Source: Balanoglossus misakiensis
Taxonomy: Eukaryota; Animalia; Hemichordata
DNA: 64,000 nucleotides
Direction: 5' to 3'
Assembly (NCBI GenBank): GCA_040954595.2
Contig: CM082577.2
Coordinates: 17,954,303-18,018,302, forward strand
Position 1 is the first letter of the stretch, and every line of letters begins with the position of its first letter. A program made the position numbers and the translations under genes. Under the pieces are notes generated by a model that saw only the letters and a program-made list of their open reading frames with translations, ran no database searches and was not told the DNA's origin. Below are positions 40,788 to 53,153 of this stretch, in pieces.

Positions 40788-41250
40788 TATTATTATACAT
40801 CTAGTGCCGAGAACAATAGATTTTGGCGTGCAATAAAAAGCCGTACGGAACGGTACGTACGGAACGCGCGTTAAATAAGTTTTAGGTTTCAAGGCGCCCC
40901 AACTCACCGTGTACAGGTATGCGTTGTTATGCGGACGGTTTCAAGGCGCCCCCACTCCAACGCACGTGCGCACACGTAAACAAAAAAGAAAGATGGCTGC
41001 TCACTGAGTCAACTGAGCGGTTTTCGATCGATTGTATCGGCATTTTGGGTGTTTTGAAAGCCAAGTAACATGCAACACAAGAACTAACGGAGATGTAAGA
41101 TGTATAATAATAAGGTTATTACGAAAATACCGCAAAGTATGCACGAGGACATTAGCGCAGCGCATCGCCCTCCGCTACGCGTCGGGCGATACTCAGCGCT
41201 AATGTCCTCGTGCATACTTTGCGGTATTTTCGTAATAACCTTATATTATC
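40788..41250. mobile_element. Hairpin plus subterminal-IR element (Crypton-like non-autonomous)
   Basis: TATTATTATACATCT / AGATGTATAATAATA inverted pair, then a ~130 bp hairpin centred on CGCCCTCCGCTACGCGTCGGGCG. Confidence 0.7.
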
Positions 41251-42716
41251 ATACATGCAACGCCTGTATTTAACACTTTCTATTGTTCTTGCCCCGAAGA
41301 TATTTTACGGTATTTCACAATGTGAAAATATCGAGTCCGCATCTCGAACTATTTTTGAGAACGCGCTGAAATCATCACACAGCATTGACTCAGTGATTAG
41401 CGCGACAGTTCGCTGCGCGCGCGAGCGACATACGAGGCATAAGACTCTAGTGAAGAAGGGTGTTGTAAAATTCGGTTATTATTTTTACTTACTCGGAATT
41501 CTCAATGCGAAATAATTGTTAACATGATATTTTCAAAGAGAACGTAGACAATTTAATTTAGAATGCGGATGTGCCCATCGTAATGAAAGCTGCCAACCCC
41601 CTTAAAATGATACTACGGCCCACACGTCATACATCACAACATGGCTACTGCCGTGATCCCAGCGCCCGGTTCAAATTTGGAATTGTTTTTCTCGGAGCAT
41701 TTTCGCAAATTGTACTGTTTTATACGTAGGCACGTATGATAAAGGGGTTATTAGTATTACACGAATTTTGGTCGATAATGCGACGCATTCTCGAATATGA
41801 TGCGTTATCGACTAAAATTCGTGTAATAACCCCTAATTATTGGAGCAAGGCTCCTTACTCCTACATGTAGCTATGGTTTGACAAGGAGAAAGTCAACTGG
41901 AGTTTGGGAGACAAAAAGTATTACTGCAATTGAGAACAAATTTAACTTACGTAAAGTTAGAGTCCCTTCACAAGATTCATCAGGAAAAGCTGTACTGACA
42001 AGTCGTTGTCAGTGACTTAGTCCCTATCAAGTATCAGATCAGTAATTATATTAGGCCGTTCACATTACTCAAAAAAGGCTAGGACCTTGTCCTAGCAAGG
42101 TCCGTGGCTGAGCAAAAAAACAGGTCTGAACGGGTCTGGCCAACCCTAGCCTGTCCGGACAATTTTGGTCCTAGTTTAATGGGGTGGTTTGTGGTCGACT
42201 CTGGTCCCAGCACGGTGTGTGTGGACACGTTTTGTCCGACTATGGTCCTAGTTGACACCTTTTACAATTGACATAAACAGTATAGTCTATCATTTCACAA
42301 TGGTGAAAATCGTATAAACAAACAGAAAATGACCAACATGGTTCTGTTTTATAAGGTCAAAGGTTGGCGAGACGATGTTGGCCAGGACTGTCTGAAACAC
42401 AATGTGAACGGGGACTAAAGATCAGCTTATCAATATCTTGTCACAATCATCGGGAAATGTAGTTTTGTCCGGCCATGGGCCTAGATGTGAACCTAGCATA
42501 TGAGAACACCAAAGAAAATCATGATGGAATGATATCACTTATCAGTCCAGACATGTTTGCATAACAGTATGACATCCACATGTACATTACAAATAGTGTG
42601 CTGTATGTGTGTGTGATTCAGTGTGCCCACTAAACCCATATGGTGTGCCACTAACTAAACAAACTCACTGGTGACTCAAGAAAATTATCCACACTACATG
42701 CATTTAGGTATAGGGC

Positions 42717-43150
42717 TAGCCCGGAGACACAGGCGTAGTAGGGGAAAAGGAACGCCCGGGGACAGTCTCTATTTACGCACCGAATTCTGTGCGCAGAATG
42801 ACACGGGTGGTAAATCTTGTGTGTAAGCTAATTGGTCACTCAATGTAACAATGTGTAAACCAAATGACATCATCGCATTCTAAATAAGGAAATAGAGGTG
42901 GAGTCATGAGTGAAATTCCCGCAACGGGGTGTGGGAGTGGTTTTGAAGGTGTATGAATATTCATAACCAAGCTTTGTTAATTATATCATCCAACCACTGG
43001 CGCCCGTCAACATTTGATAGATCACTCGTTATCCATGCGTTACTAAGCGACCCTGATCGTTGCCAGGGCTACTATCTTTCAGCTCAGCAGGAAATTTCTC
43101 TACTGTCCCCGGGCGTTGTATTCTAGATCAACGCCTGTGTCTCCGGGCTA
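42717..43150. mobile_element. MITE with 9-bp TSD
   Basis: TAGCCCGGAGACACAGGCGT ... ACGCCTGTGTCTCCGGGCTA flanked by GTATAGGGC twice. Confidence 0.88.
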
Positions 43151-45013
43151 GTATAGGGCTGACTCAGTGAAATTTCTAGAAATCCTTAAATTGACTCAAA
43201 GCTTTTAAAAATTGTTTATCAGAGGGCACACTGTACATCACTGTGATTGTGAAAATGTACATGTAGAATTTCCTTTAATCCAAACTTGTGTGAATGAAAA
43301 TGTTTGAGCTTGTCCGAGTAATGGCTCCGGACATGACAAAGTCATTCCAGAATGACCCCTGGTGGTCATGTCATGACAAACAGTGACATGCTGTTGCATG
43401 TACATCAGTCATGGCTGCAAATATTGCATTACGAAATAAAATGATATCCATTTACAGGTGATAATACATTGTCCTTGTACATCAGTAGAGGCATGTTTCA
43501 GTGATGGCTCCAGACAAAATGGCTGCTCAGTGGCTAGGTATATATCATATCACACAATAAATTGACATGCATCATGCATGTGTAAAAAAAAACTCTATAG
43601 ACTATTACATTCATGATTCAATGAGTGTCCATGTTTGTACCAAGTTGGAATGGTCGGTTGGGGCCTGAAGTGTACCTCTTCTAACATTAAGGTGTTGGTG
43701 TGTGACCAACAGTTCAAAACCCAAATCCCATTTTCACTCCTTAAGTTATGTATCCCATTTATTAAAGCAAATCATCAACACACATCATCATGTCATAGCG
43801 TCAAAACATTAGAAAATTAGATAGTCACCCCCATTTTAGACCGTGAATAGATACATTTTTGCATACCCTATTTTAGAGCAAATTCCTGAAAATAAGGGCG
43901 GGACGTATACATATTGGCAAATATAGGGGCCTGGAAGTACAACCCTTTGGGGTTGAGGCACACATCTAATGGCTATGGATATTAAAACAAAACATCACAA
44001 AATAAAGTTATGTGCATCTTTGTATGACGGTACATTGTCCTTGCACCAAGTTTGAATGAAATCATGGTTGAATGTTGAAAATCATAATAACTTGCAAAAA
44101 ATCTAGACTACAATGCATATCTTGTGCAATTCTGACAAGCTTGACTCATGTCTTTGCATATGTGTATTAACCTCCCTTCCAGTAAGAGATGCCTTTGCAA
44201 CCACAGATTAATTCAATATTCACTTAAGCTTGATCTTGACAGTGTTTGAAATGCAAGTGGTGGCAAAGTGAGTGCAGATATTGTAATTAGAACGATTACA
44301 CCTGCAGTTGTGACCAATGGACTATAATGAGGATTGACCCATTTGTTAAGTTTTGTGGTACGACCAATCACATCCATGGTATTACATGTAGTACTATTAC
44401 CAAGAACATGACAGTATTATTGAATAATGTTTTAAATGTATCATGAATTTACACAGTGCCATTTTGATCTGCGGTTAAATTGTGCCATTATTTCATACAG
44501 GCACCGTGATACAGGTTGCAAACCAGTGACAATATATTTGAAAGAAAAACGTTTAGGTTTCAATTTCATCAATTTGATATTAGCCAACAACAAAAACAGC
44601 AGCCACATGAGCAACAAACCACGTTCCACTGTACCACATTAGTGGCAATAAATGTAGCCGACTTTTCGTGCCTGATAGGCTGATACACCAGTCTCGTAGC
44701 CATGACCTCAAGGCTGAATGGCGATGATTTTGATTGATTGTGTCACAATCTGACCTGACCTATTGTTTTCAAACAATCGAACCTCGCCTGTATTATTTCC
44801 GGTGATGGCCGCGGGGACACAAGAACTTGATCTTGACCCCGTCAAATGACTTCAATAATCAAGGCAAATGTTTGTAACCAACCGCTGAAAACAAACTATG
44901 TGGTGTTACACCAATCTCGTTTGGACATTTTAAAATAAGATAAACTGGATATTACATCTTTGACCCTCACAGCAACAACGAAAGCAAATAGAGGATGCGG
45001 GACCCATACTCAC

Positions 45014-45540
45014 CAAATGATCCACACACATTTCAGATATATGGCGTAAAAAGTAACGAATTTTCTCGGACTCGGGAGATCCCATACTTACCCTTATATT
45101 GGTTCTTTAATGGCTAAATTCCAGTCGAACATGTAAGGGTACAGAATCAGATGAGAATGTTGATACAAAATTATCATAGGAATAGCTTTCCTTGACAAAA
45201 TGGATATGGATGTTGTTGTCAGACTTCGTGTCTAATATACAGAAACCGATATCAGCCAACTTAGATCAGACGCGTTGTTCAGCTGATCGGAGCTGTCCCG
45301 TTCATTGTACTCAGGAAATTTCAGCAAATATCTCTCCTAGAGGTGTCTTCCTTTGTCGTACCACCACTCTCTGATCCGGAAATGGGACAAATCCTTTTTG
45401 GTAACAAAAGAAACACACCAGATTTTTCGCAATACACACAAAGAAGAAGTTATTTCCTGTTCATCACAGCAGCCAGTGAACTATGTCTGACGTCAGGTCA
45501 AATCATGTGATCACGCGAAATAATCGGTGAGGGCGCCATT
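45014..45540 (-). promoter_or_regulatory. Probable DCUN1D3 promoter and non-coding first exon
   Basis: Minus-strand donors GTAAGT (45086-45091) and GTGAGT (45008-45013). CCGGAAAT near 45376, full CRE TGACGTCA at 45488-45495, YY1-like GGCGCCATT at 45532-45540. Local CpG enrichment. Confidence 0.5.
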
Positions 45541-48034
45541 AGTTGAACTTGCATTGCGCACAACAAAAAATCAAACCAGATATGAACTGAATATGCTCAC
45601 TGCAAATAGGCAAAAAATAATTTTATAGTGCTATATTTATGTAATGATTATTTGTTTAGGGAGTGTTCATGTTTTTTTTTACTTAGGGGGCATAATACTT
45701 ATTTACCATTGTCATGTTAATTATCTCCTGATTTGTACAATTATTGTGATAAATCTAGAGTTACTGCATTATATATAATGAAACTCACCGGAGATACTGA
45801 TTTCATAAAGTTATGAAAGACTGTGATCGAGTTATGAAAGACTGTGATCGAGTTTTATGACACTATTCCCAATTCTACATACTTTAACTTGCTTTGGTAA
45901 AGACTGAATAATTCAGTCTTCATTAAACCAAATGAACGTATGCAGTCAAAATCTAAATATTCCTATCTTTTTAGATTTGACATTTATGAAATGCTGAAGT
46001 ATCAGTGACGAAATTGGAATATGAACCAATGTAATACAGTATACACTTTCTCTCACTCATATTGACAACTGTTCAAGCTAGCAATATTTATTTGTGTTGT
46101 CATAAATCCACGTCGTTTAAGATCTGGCTGCATGGGAACTTTGTAGTTTCCCTAAACCTCCTGTTTATCACAAGTCATACAGTACTACTATCATGACATC
46201 ATCCTACCATTCTTATACTAGCATTTGTGAGGTAAGGCAAATGTTGTTTTTGGTCATGGCTTTTACCCAATGTACACTATGCACTCCGTTGAGTCGAGTT
46301 CTGCCTGGCCAGACAATGATAGAATCAAAGATTGACTCAGGGCCGGGTTTATAAAGCGATACACGCGTTGACCAGAAACAATTCTTTCTTTTTTGCCTAA
46401 CGATCACAAATACAATATATGGTAATATATACACTAGGGTAGAACTAACCACCTGCGAATTTATTTCCTAGTGAAGAGTGATGTCATTTTATTTACATGA
46501 TATGAATGATTTCATGTATAACATGAAGGTTGGGATTTGTAAATGACGATCCAAAAGACCGAAAGTGACTTGTAAAGCCTCAGTATTTGTACATTTTGGC
46601 TATTTTGTACTATGTTTGTCGTTTGTATCAACTACATGTTTCGTTTGCTTTGCTAGAGCATGGTGACCTATGCACTATTTAATTTATCAACACAATTCAT
46701 ATATGTAGGCCTAAATTTAGAATTATTATTGTTGAATAACGAATCTGAGTTATTGCCATTTCAGAATGCTAGAAGTATAGAATAAGAAACTATAGTCGAT
46801 AGAAAAATAAATACTGACTGACAAGTAATCCTTTCGCGTTCCTTTTTGTGTTGTTGAAAAAAAAGTAACCCCTTTCTAGTTTTCGCGGACCATGACGAGG
46901 AACAAAATTCAAAAACATCTCCCCTCCTCCGTGATTTCGGGAACACAGATGGATACCTAGATATTTTCCCTGAGTGTGCCGCCACGGAGATAATACCATG
47001 CCCCTTCACAATTATACAGTCTATCATGCAAGTCCTGTACACTATTCTGGAAATAAATTTAAACATAAAATAAAGTACTAGTCAAAAAGAAAGGTGTACA
47101 TTAAGCCGACATCACCAATGGCGGATGGTAGCATGGTATAATTTTTTATATTAGACGCGTTCATTTACAGATTAAATCTTGCAACTATGGCGGAAGCACA
47201 AGGCACACTAATCTTCTTTCTGTATACACAATCCAACGCCACAGTCTTCATGTTAATGGGCAACTGTAAAAAGATGGAAAGAGAATTAAACGACAATGGC
47301 ATGAACAAAATTCGGCGAAGACTTTGGCACAAACACTAGTATGGTTATTCCCAGTTGTTGTTTAACGAAATCACCTCAACCTGCCTTGTGGTAAAACAAC
47401 AGTCTCATCTGGAGCCTAATAATCTTTCATTTTTATGTTCGTTTGGTTGGGAATACTTTGCATGTACCAGCTGTCATCCGGAAATGTACCGAGCAATCTG
47501 CCGTGTCCACCAACTGATGACGTAGAGAAATCTGTAGCTTTGGGGCACAGCAGCTTGCCCCGGAATTCAATACAGTAACATCATATCCCCATCCAAAAAA
47601 TCAAAGTGATTCAATGTTCATGCGTACACTCCAGGTCCTCTCGCAGTGTTAGATTAACAGTCCGCGGTATTGTCAGGTGGCTTTCATCCTTTTTGTCGAG
47701 TGAAATACCTGCAAGGTCTTTTGCTTGGTTATGTACAATATCGCATCGTATCACAACATGGTTTTTGAAAGCGTTTGCTTTACATCGGCCAGTACTTCTA
47801 TATACGAACAGCCGGGTTACTTGCTAGATTATTGAATACATGTATAACCAAATCGACTGACTTGATATTTCATTGGGAAATGAAAGACTACCATCGCGTC
47901 AGTATTCAATGCAAACAAATCGGGTATTTTGCAAAAACGATAAAGGTTAGACTCATTCTAGTCTAGAATCCAGACTATTGTGTGGAGCGTAGCGAAAAAA
48001 ACACACAAGTCAGGATTCTAGACTTGATTCATAC

Positions 48035-48378
48035 CTGAGGAGCCAGCTGTCTCCAAATTCTCTGGCGTTTGCTTTGTTGGTCGTCAGAATGACACCGTCG
48101 AGTTTTTGGAAGTCATTCTTCGTGTCTCCATTGGCATCTCCAAACATTGCACAAAGTTTACCATCGCCAACAAACTGCCCATCCAGTAACGTGACCTCTA
48201 ATCGAAATTTACCGTTGTATCTAACCAGAATACTGTCGTCAACCAGTGTGTAAACCAGCCATGTTGGATCTTCCAGTTGATCAAAACCTGTGCCTGATAA
48301 GCTAGATAAAATTCGAACCTTGCCTTGACTATATGTTTTCGGCAAATCGCTCGGCTTCATCTTTCTGTTTCCGTTGAC
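48035..48378 (-). CDS. von Willebrand type D domain exon (C-terminal half)
   Basis: TGTAG acceptor. VNGN...VRYNGKFRLEVTL..GKLCAMFGDANGDTKNDFQKLDG..AREFGDSWLL. AG|GTATGA donor. Confidence 0.8.
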
Positions 48379-49294
48379 CTACAGAGAGAATTGTACAGAG
48401 CAGATAATACAATTGATGGATTTTATGTTCTTCATTCCATCAAATCATGCAACAATACGATACGTTTGCAACTCTTCGATTTTTACCGGGAAATGCTGGA
48501 GAACAGATAGGGGTACACGGGAATAAAGGTGGGGAGGGTGTGTGCGAGTACATATGGAATTCAAGAAAATAATATTTAATTTAACAGAATTAGCAATCGC
48601 GCGAAAAGTAAATAAGTTGACAGTTGGTTTTGTCAACTATTGGCTCTTTATCTTTCCCAGTTTGTCCCTGGAGAAATATTTATGCACATAGGCCTACATC
48701 CAAGTGTTTAACAGATATAAAATGAATATGCTCACGTCATTTGCTATTAAAGATGGAAATGAGTAAAATAATAAGAAAAAGTCGCTAAACTCTTTAATGC
48801 CTTTTAGCCTCTGCAGTTGTATGTACATGTATCTGAAATTAGTTTATGGCACTCGTGGCTGCTGGGAGTGTGGGATCAACAGTGTGGGATTTAGAATCTC
48901 ACATCCCATTGCAAGGACCTGGGATCAGAATTCTCACACCAGTTGGAGATAATTTGTTCACACAAGCCGCAGCCAGCGCAGACGATTTTAATCCAATTGA
49001 TTAACATAAAGACTAACATTAACAAACACAAAAAATCGGCAACAAATGAATCGATTTCAAAAGTGGTTGAATATGTGGGCTTTTTTGCTTTTAAGGTATG
49101 TCTTGCAGAAGCACTCTGGACACGTTGTGCTTTTTAATGAGATGTTAATGCAGCCAGAAAGGAGACTATTACAAAGTTCCTACCGAGATATGACGGACAA
49201 GGGTCTGAGTGGCTTGAGCAAAAAGCAGATGACGAATAGAACTGGTCTGCCTCAGTTGAATCACAGGGGACAGATGAATCGTGTTGTTTGTCTG

Positions 49295-49304
49295 TTGTTG
49301 TTGT

Positions 49305-49353
<49 letters not shown>

Positions 49354-49390
49354 AATGATGATGATGAAATGATGATGATGATAATAATAA
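49295..49390 (+). repeat. (GTT)n(GAT)n(AAT)n microsatellite
   Basis: Directly visible; it generates the spurious poly-M/S/H ORFs. Confidence 0.95.
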
Positions 49391-49669
49391 AGTGCTCAAT
49401 GTCTAGTGACAGAGCATGTATCATACACATGGATAAGCAAGTTATAAAGTGAAACTTTCTCGCTATTCAGAGTTTCACGCTACACTGGTTTTCGCCTTAA
49501 TTTTCAAAAGTTGACATGGAGGGGGGGGGGCTCACCCACTCTTCAATTTTCAATGGGGGGAGGGGGGGGGGGTCAGTCACTTTTTGATATCCACAAAATA
49601 GTATCCACTGCCCCCCCCGTAAGCAGAAGAAACTGACCAGTCCCTTAGTCAGTCCAAATGAAGCTAGGA

Positions 49670-50150
49670 GAATATCATGATCAAAATGACAAACGCGGCA
49701 TTGAGGTCTAAAAGTGACAAAATGCTGTCATCCATGTCTAGTGCTGTGATGAGTCATATAAGCTGACTGAAGCGGATTCAACAGATTATTCGAAATGAAA
49801 TGGTCTGCATAAGAATTATGCGTTCGGTGAATTTCGAATGGAAAGGCAAATTGGACACAGCTCGGTAATTTTTGAAATAGTCCGGATCGAGATGGGTTGT
49901 TAAGAAGAGGCTTTAGGATAGTGGTCCTAATAAAGACGGATGCAAATATTCCCGGGATAAGAGAGGGGTGAACGAGTTCAGTAATGGATGACAATAGGAT
50001 GTCCAAATATTCGGGTAGAAGACAATAGGACATAACATCTAGGTAGCAACCTTTGCCAGGGGACTTCAGACTGATGCGTTTGACAAAATCAACAGAAACA
50101 GGTTTGAAATGACTGATATTTATACTTGAAATCAAGGTTTGCTCTGACGA
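49670..50150 (-). mobile_element. Old L2/CR1-type LINE RT fragment
   Basis: Degenerate peptide KSPGKGCYLD..ILLSSITELVHPSL..LKPLL..NNLLNPLQSAY..HHST followed by LLDLNAAF. Confidence 0.7.
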
Positions 50151-50979
50151 TGTGGTTTGGATTTCACCTTCAGATCTGCCAGCAGTGTTACACATTTTAC
50201 ATGTTATGTTAATTGATGGCTAATTTGCATATAAAATGTAGTTTTGTACACATTCCTATAAATGCAGACTGGAACTTGCCAAATATTTTGTTTTCACATG
50301 TAGTATTAAACTGCACCTGCAGACGATGTTAAGTTTCAAAGCAATACATTTCAAATTTGGAGGTACTTTTTGTGAAACATGGTACAGACATTGATCTTCC
50401 TAGCGAGACCAGACTGTACTATGAGATATTTACCAGTGATATGTTAATTAACTGCTCATTTATGCAGTTACCTCCACAAATCTGAAGTTACTGAACACAT
50501 TTTATGAATCTTGCTTGAATTATTTATTCATAAAACTAGTATTATATAAATCAGACTACTTGCATTTAAATAAAGATTTTGCTGGTTACTTTAATACTGT
50601 GTTATGCATTTGTTTTTGAGGTTTATGCTGAACAGGAGATACTTGAAGCTTCCTCAATTAACAAAAACAATGAGGCAAGTGTATGTTTTAAACGCATGAC
50701 TATCAGGAAATATTTTCAAAAAATAAACGTGGCTGTTTTGAGTAAAGATATAAACTTTCACATTATAAGCTTACACTCCGATGGATTCATTAAGTTTAGA
50801 CAAAAATCGAGTAAAAGGACTACAAGGCATAGGTACGACCACATGTCCCGAGAACAGCGTCCAGCCTATATACTGCAGTCCCGGCCAGACTCGATCTCGG
50901 GCATATGTGGTTACGACAATTGAGAAGTTCTTCATGGTTCGTATTAAATGAAGTTTTCAGCATACACGTTCCAACATAC

Positions 50980-51245
50980 CTGAACTAAGCCTCGCTGCTC
51001 CAATGAAATGAAATTGCCATAAACTATGAGAAACACTGTTCCAACTCTTGTTAATATATTATCTCCGGTGGACCGTGGTGAGCTTTCTAATTCTGCCTCA
51101 ATAAGAATTGAAGGCATTGGCGATCTGCAATCTTTTAGAAGAGTTATCATACAGCCTGGTTTAGCTTGGTAGCTGTATCGCAACCCGTCAAACGTGACGA
51201 AGTGGGGTTCCCCGAATACAACGGCGGTTGGCCATCCGTCGTCAC
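50980..51245 (-). CDS. von Willebrand type D domain exon (N-terminal half)
   Basis: TTCACAG acceptor. AVVFGEPHFVTFDGLRYSYQAKPGCMITLLKDC. CAG|GTATGT phase-0 donor joining in frame to the 48378 exon. Confidence 0.82.
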
Positions 51246-52847
51246 CTGTGAAAAACGAAATCACAATTATGTACGTTTGTTTTTGTTTTTCATTCACACT
51301 CCAGTATGTCGACACTATCGTTATAAATTCACCCATAATGCCATAATGACTTCAGTTCTTCGACGGTTGTTTTGTCACAATACACTTATCGAGTGAGTTT
51401 TATTTTCATTATAAACTTGAACTGTATAAAACCTGTTGTTCATGTTATACTATGTTTTGACATTGTAAAAAATAGGTCCCAAATACGTCACAAGCTCATC
51501 ATTTGTCTGATGTTGTCAGTACAAAAAATATGGGAGCGATTGAAATATCAGATTGGTCCGAAAAAGTTTCATTTAAAACAAATCATTACTCACTCCGCTT
51601 TTCTTTTTCGACGGGACGTGAAGGTCCGACAGGAATCGCTTCAACGCCAACAGAAGCCGCCTTTGGACGTAAAAAAAAACACAAGCTTACACACGTCAGT
51701 TTAATATGCCATCATGGTCATACATTGTCGATGTCGGTATCATTTGATAACTTTGAAATATCGATATATCAGTTACACTTCAAAAATGTGGTGTCCGTAG
51801 GTAGATTGTTCATAACATTGTACAAGACATACTCACATAACAAGTGTAAATCCCAATACAGACGAGAGGTGTAAGAACTCCAACGACAGTCATATTTTAA
51901 CGGTCTTTGAAATCGCACTGATATTCAGTGAGCGGCTTTGGCTGAAACATCAAACACACTTTAGAGTGAGTGCTTTAAAGGAAAAGCTGTTGCGGAGTAT
52001 TTATTTGACCACATAATCCTTCTCAGTTTTATCTGATTATAGTCAGGGAAACGAGTAACATGTGTTTTTATGGACACTGTTGATACTTTGGAGAAACAAA
52101 CCCATTTGATGTTGAGGAATTTTACAACGCCTTTCTAGTATTTAAACCAAAAATAAAGACAGAGAGGTATGAAACATTTTAGAGTAACTGGTATGAAATG
52201 TGTCTATTATGAAGAATTCCGAAATGGAATGGCAATAATCTCTCGGACTGTCGGCTGTTGGATTGAATAAACTAGATAAATAATACAATAAAGACAACCT
52301 TATTGGTTATACCACCGCTGTACTGATGGTTGCCAAACACTGATGTGGTTGAAGTCATTTACATCACCACCACAATTCCCCATCTCTGTGTTATCCAAGG
52401 TTATCCCTCGAGGGCCCGTGGAAATTATACGTGTTAGTAGATCAAGAATTCCACATCCTGGGCGTTTAAAGCCCCAATAGCTGCCCCCTTTTTGCATTAT
52501 CCTTAAAAATTTTTTTAGACATAGATATGTGCATATGCCTGCGTATGGTAGGGAAAATTATCATCATTTTTTCGACTATTTGGCGGCCTCCATTTGCATG
52601 TATATAGATCCGGCATTATAACAGTTAGATGGGGTTAAAAATGTCAGTTTACATGTGTATGTACGACAGTGGGCACCGAAGGCTTGTCGGGTGAAATGCC
52701 AACAGTGCCGCAAAACCAGTGGGCTATCGACCTTCGGGCATTTGTTTTCATCAGTTGCTAATCCAGAATACAAGGTACCTGCTAATGACTTAATCTGTGT
52801 ACCCTATCCGCAGATCAAGTTGAAAAAGCAAACATTGGTGAACCGGT

Positions 52848-53153
52848 ATTATAACACACCATGCAGCGAACCCTCGATCGTGATTCGTCAATACGGCGTC
52901 ACGTGACCATCGTCATTTCGAACTGTTGCCTAGGGCATCAGTTCGATCGGTTTGGTGTGTTACAAAACACATGATGACTGACATATTCGGGCAACAGTGT
53001 ATTTTTAATGACCTCGGGACTGCCAGTCACACCAAAACAGTCGTTTTCCCTCGGGCTATGCCCTCGGGAAAACAAGACTGTTTTAGTTGTGACTAGCAGC
53101 ACCCTCGGTCATCAAAATACACTGTTGCCCTCATTGTCAGTCATCATGTGTAT
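52848..53153. mobile_element. Hairpin plus subterminal-IR element (Crypton-like non-autonomous)
   Basis: TAACACACC / GGTGTGTTA pair, then a ~190 bp hairpin centred on CCCTCGGGCTATGCCCTCGGG. Confidence 0.65.

Noticed and set aside
49046-49430. ORFs with poly-Met, poly-Ser and poly-His
   Set aside because: Artefacts of the (GAT)n microsatellite.
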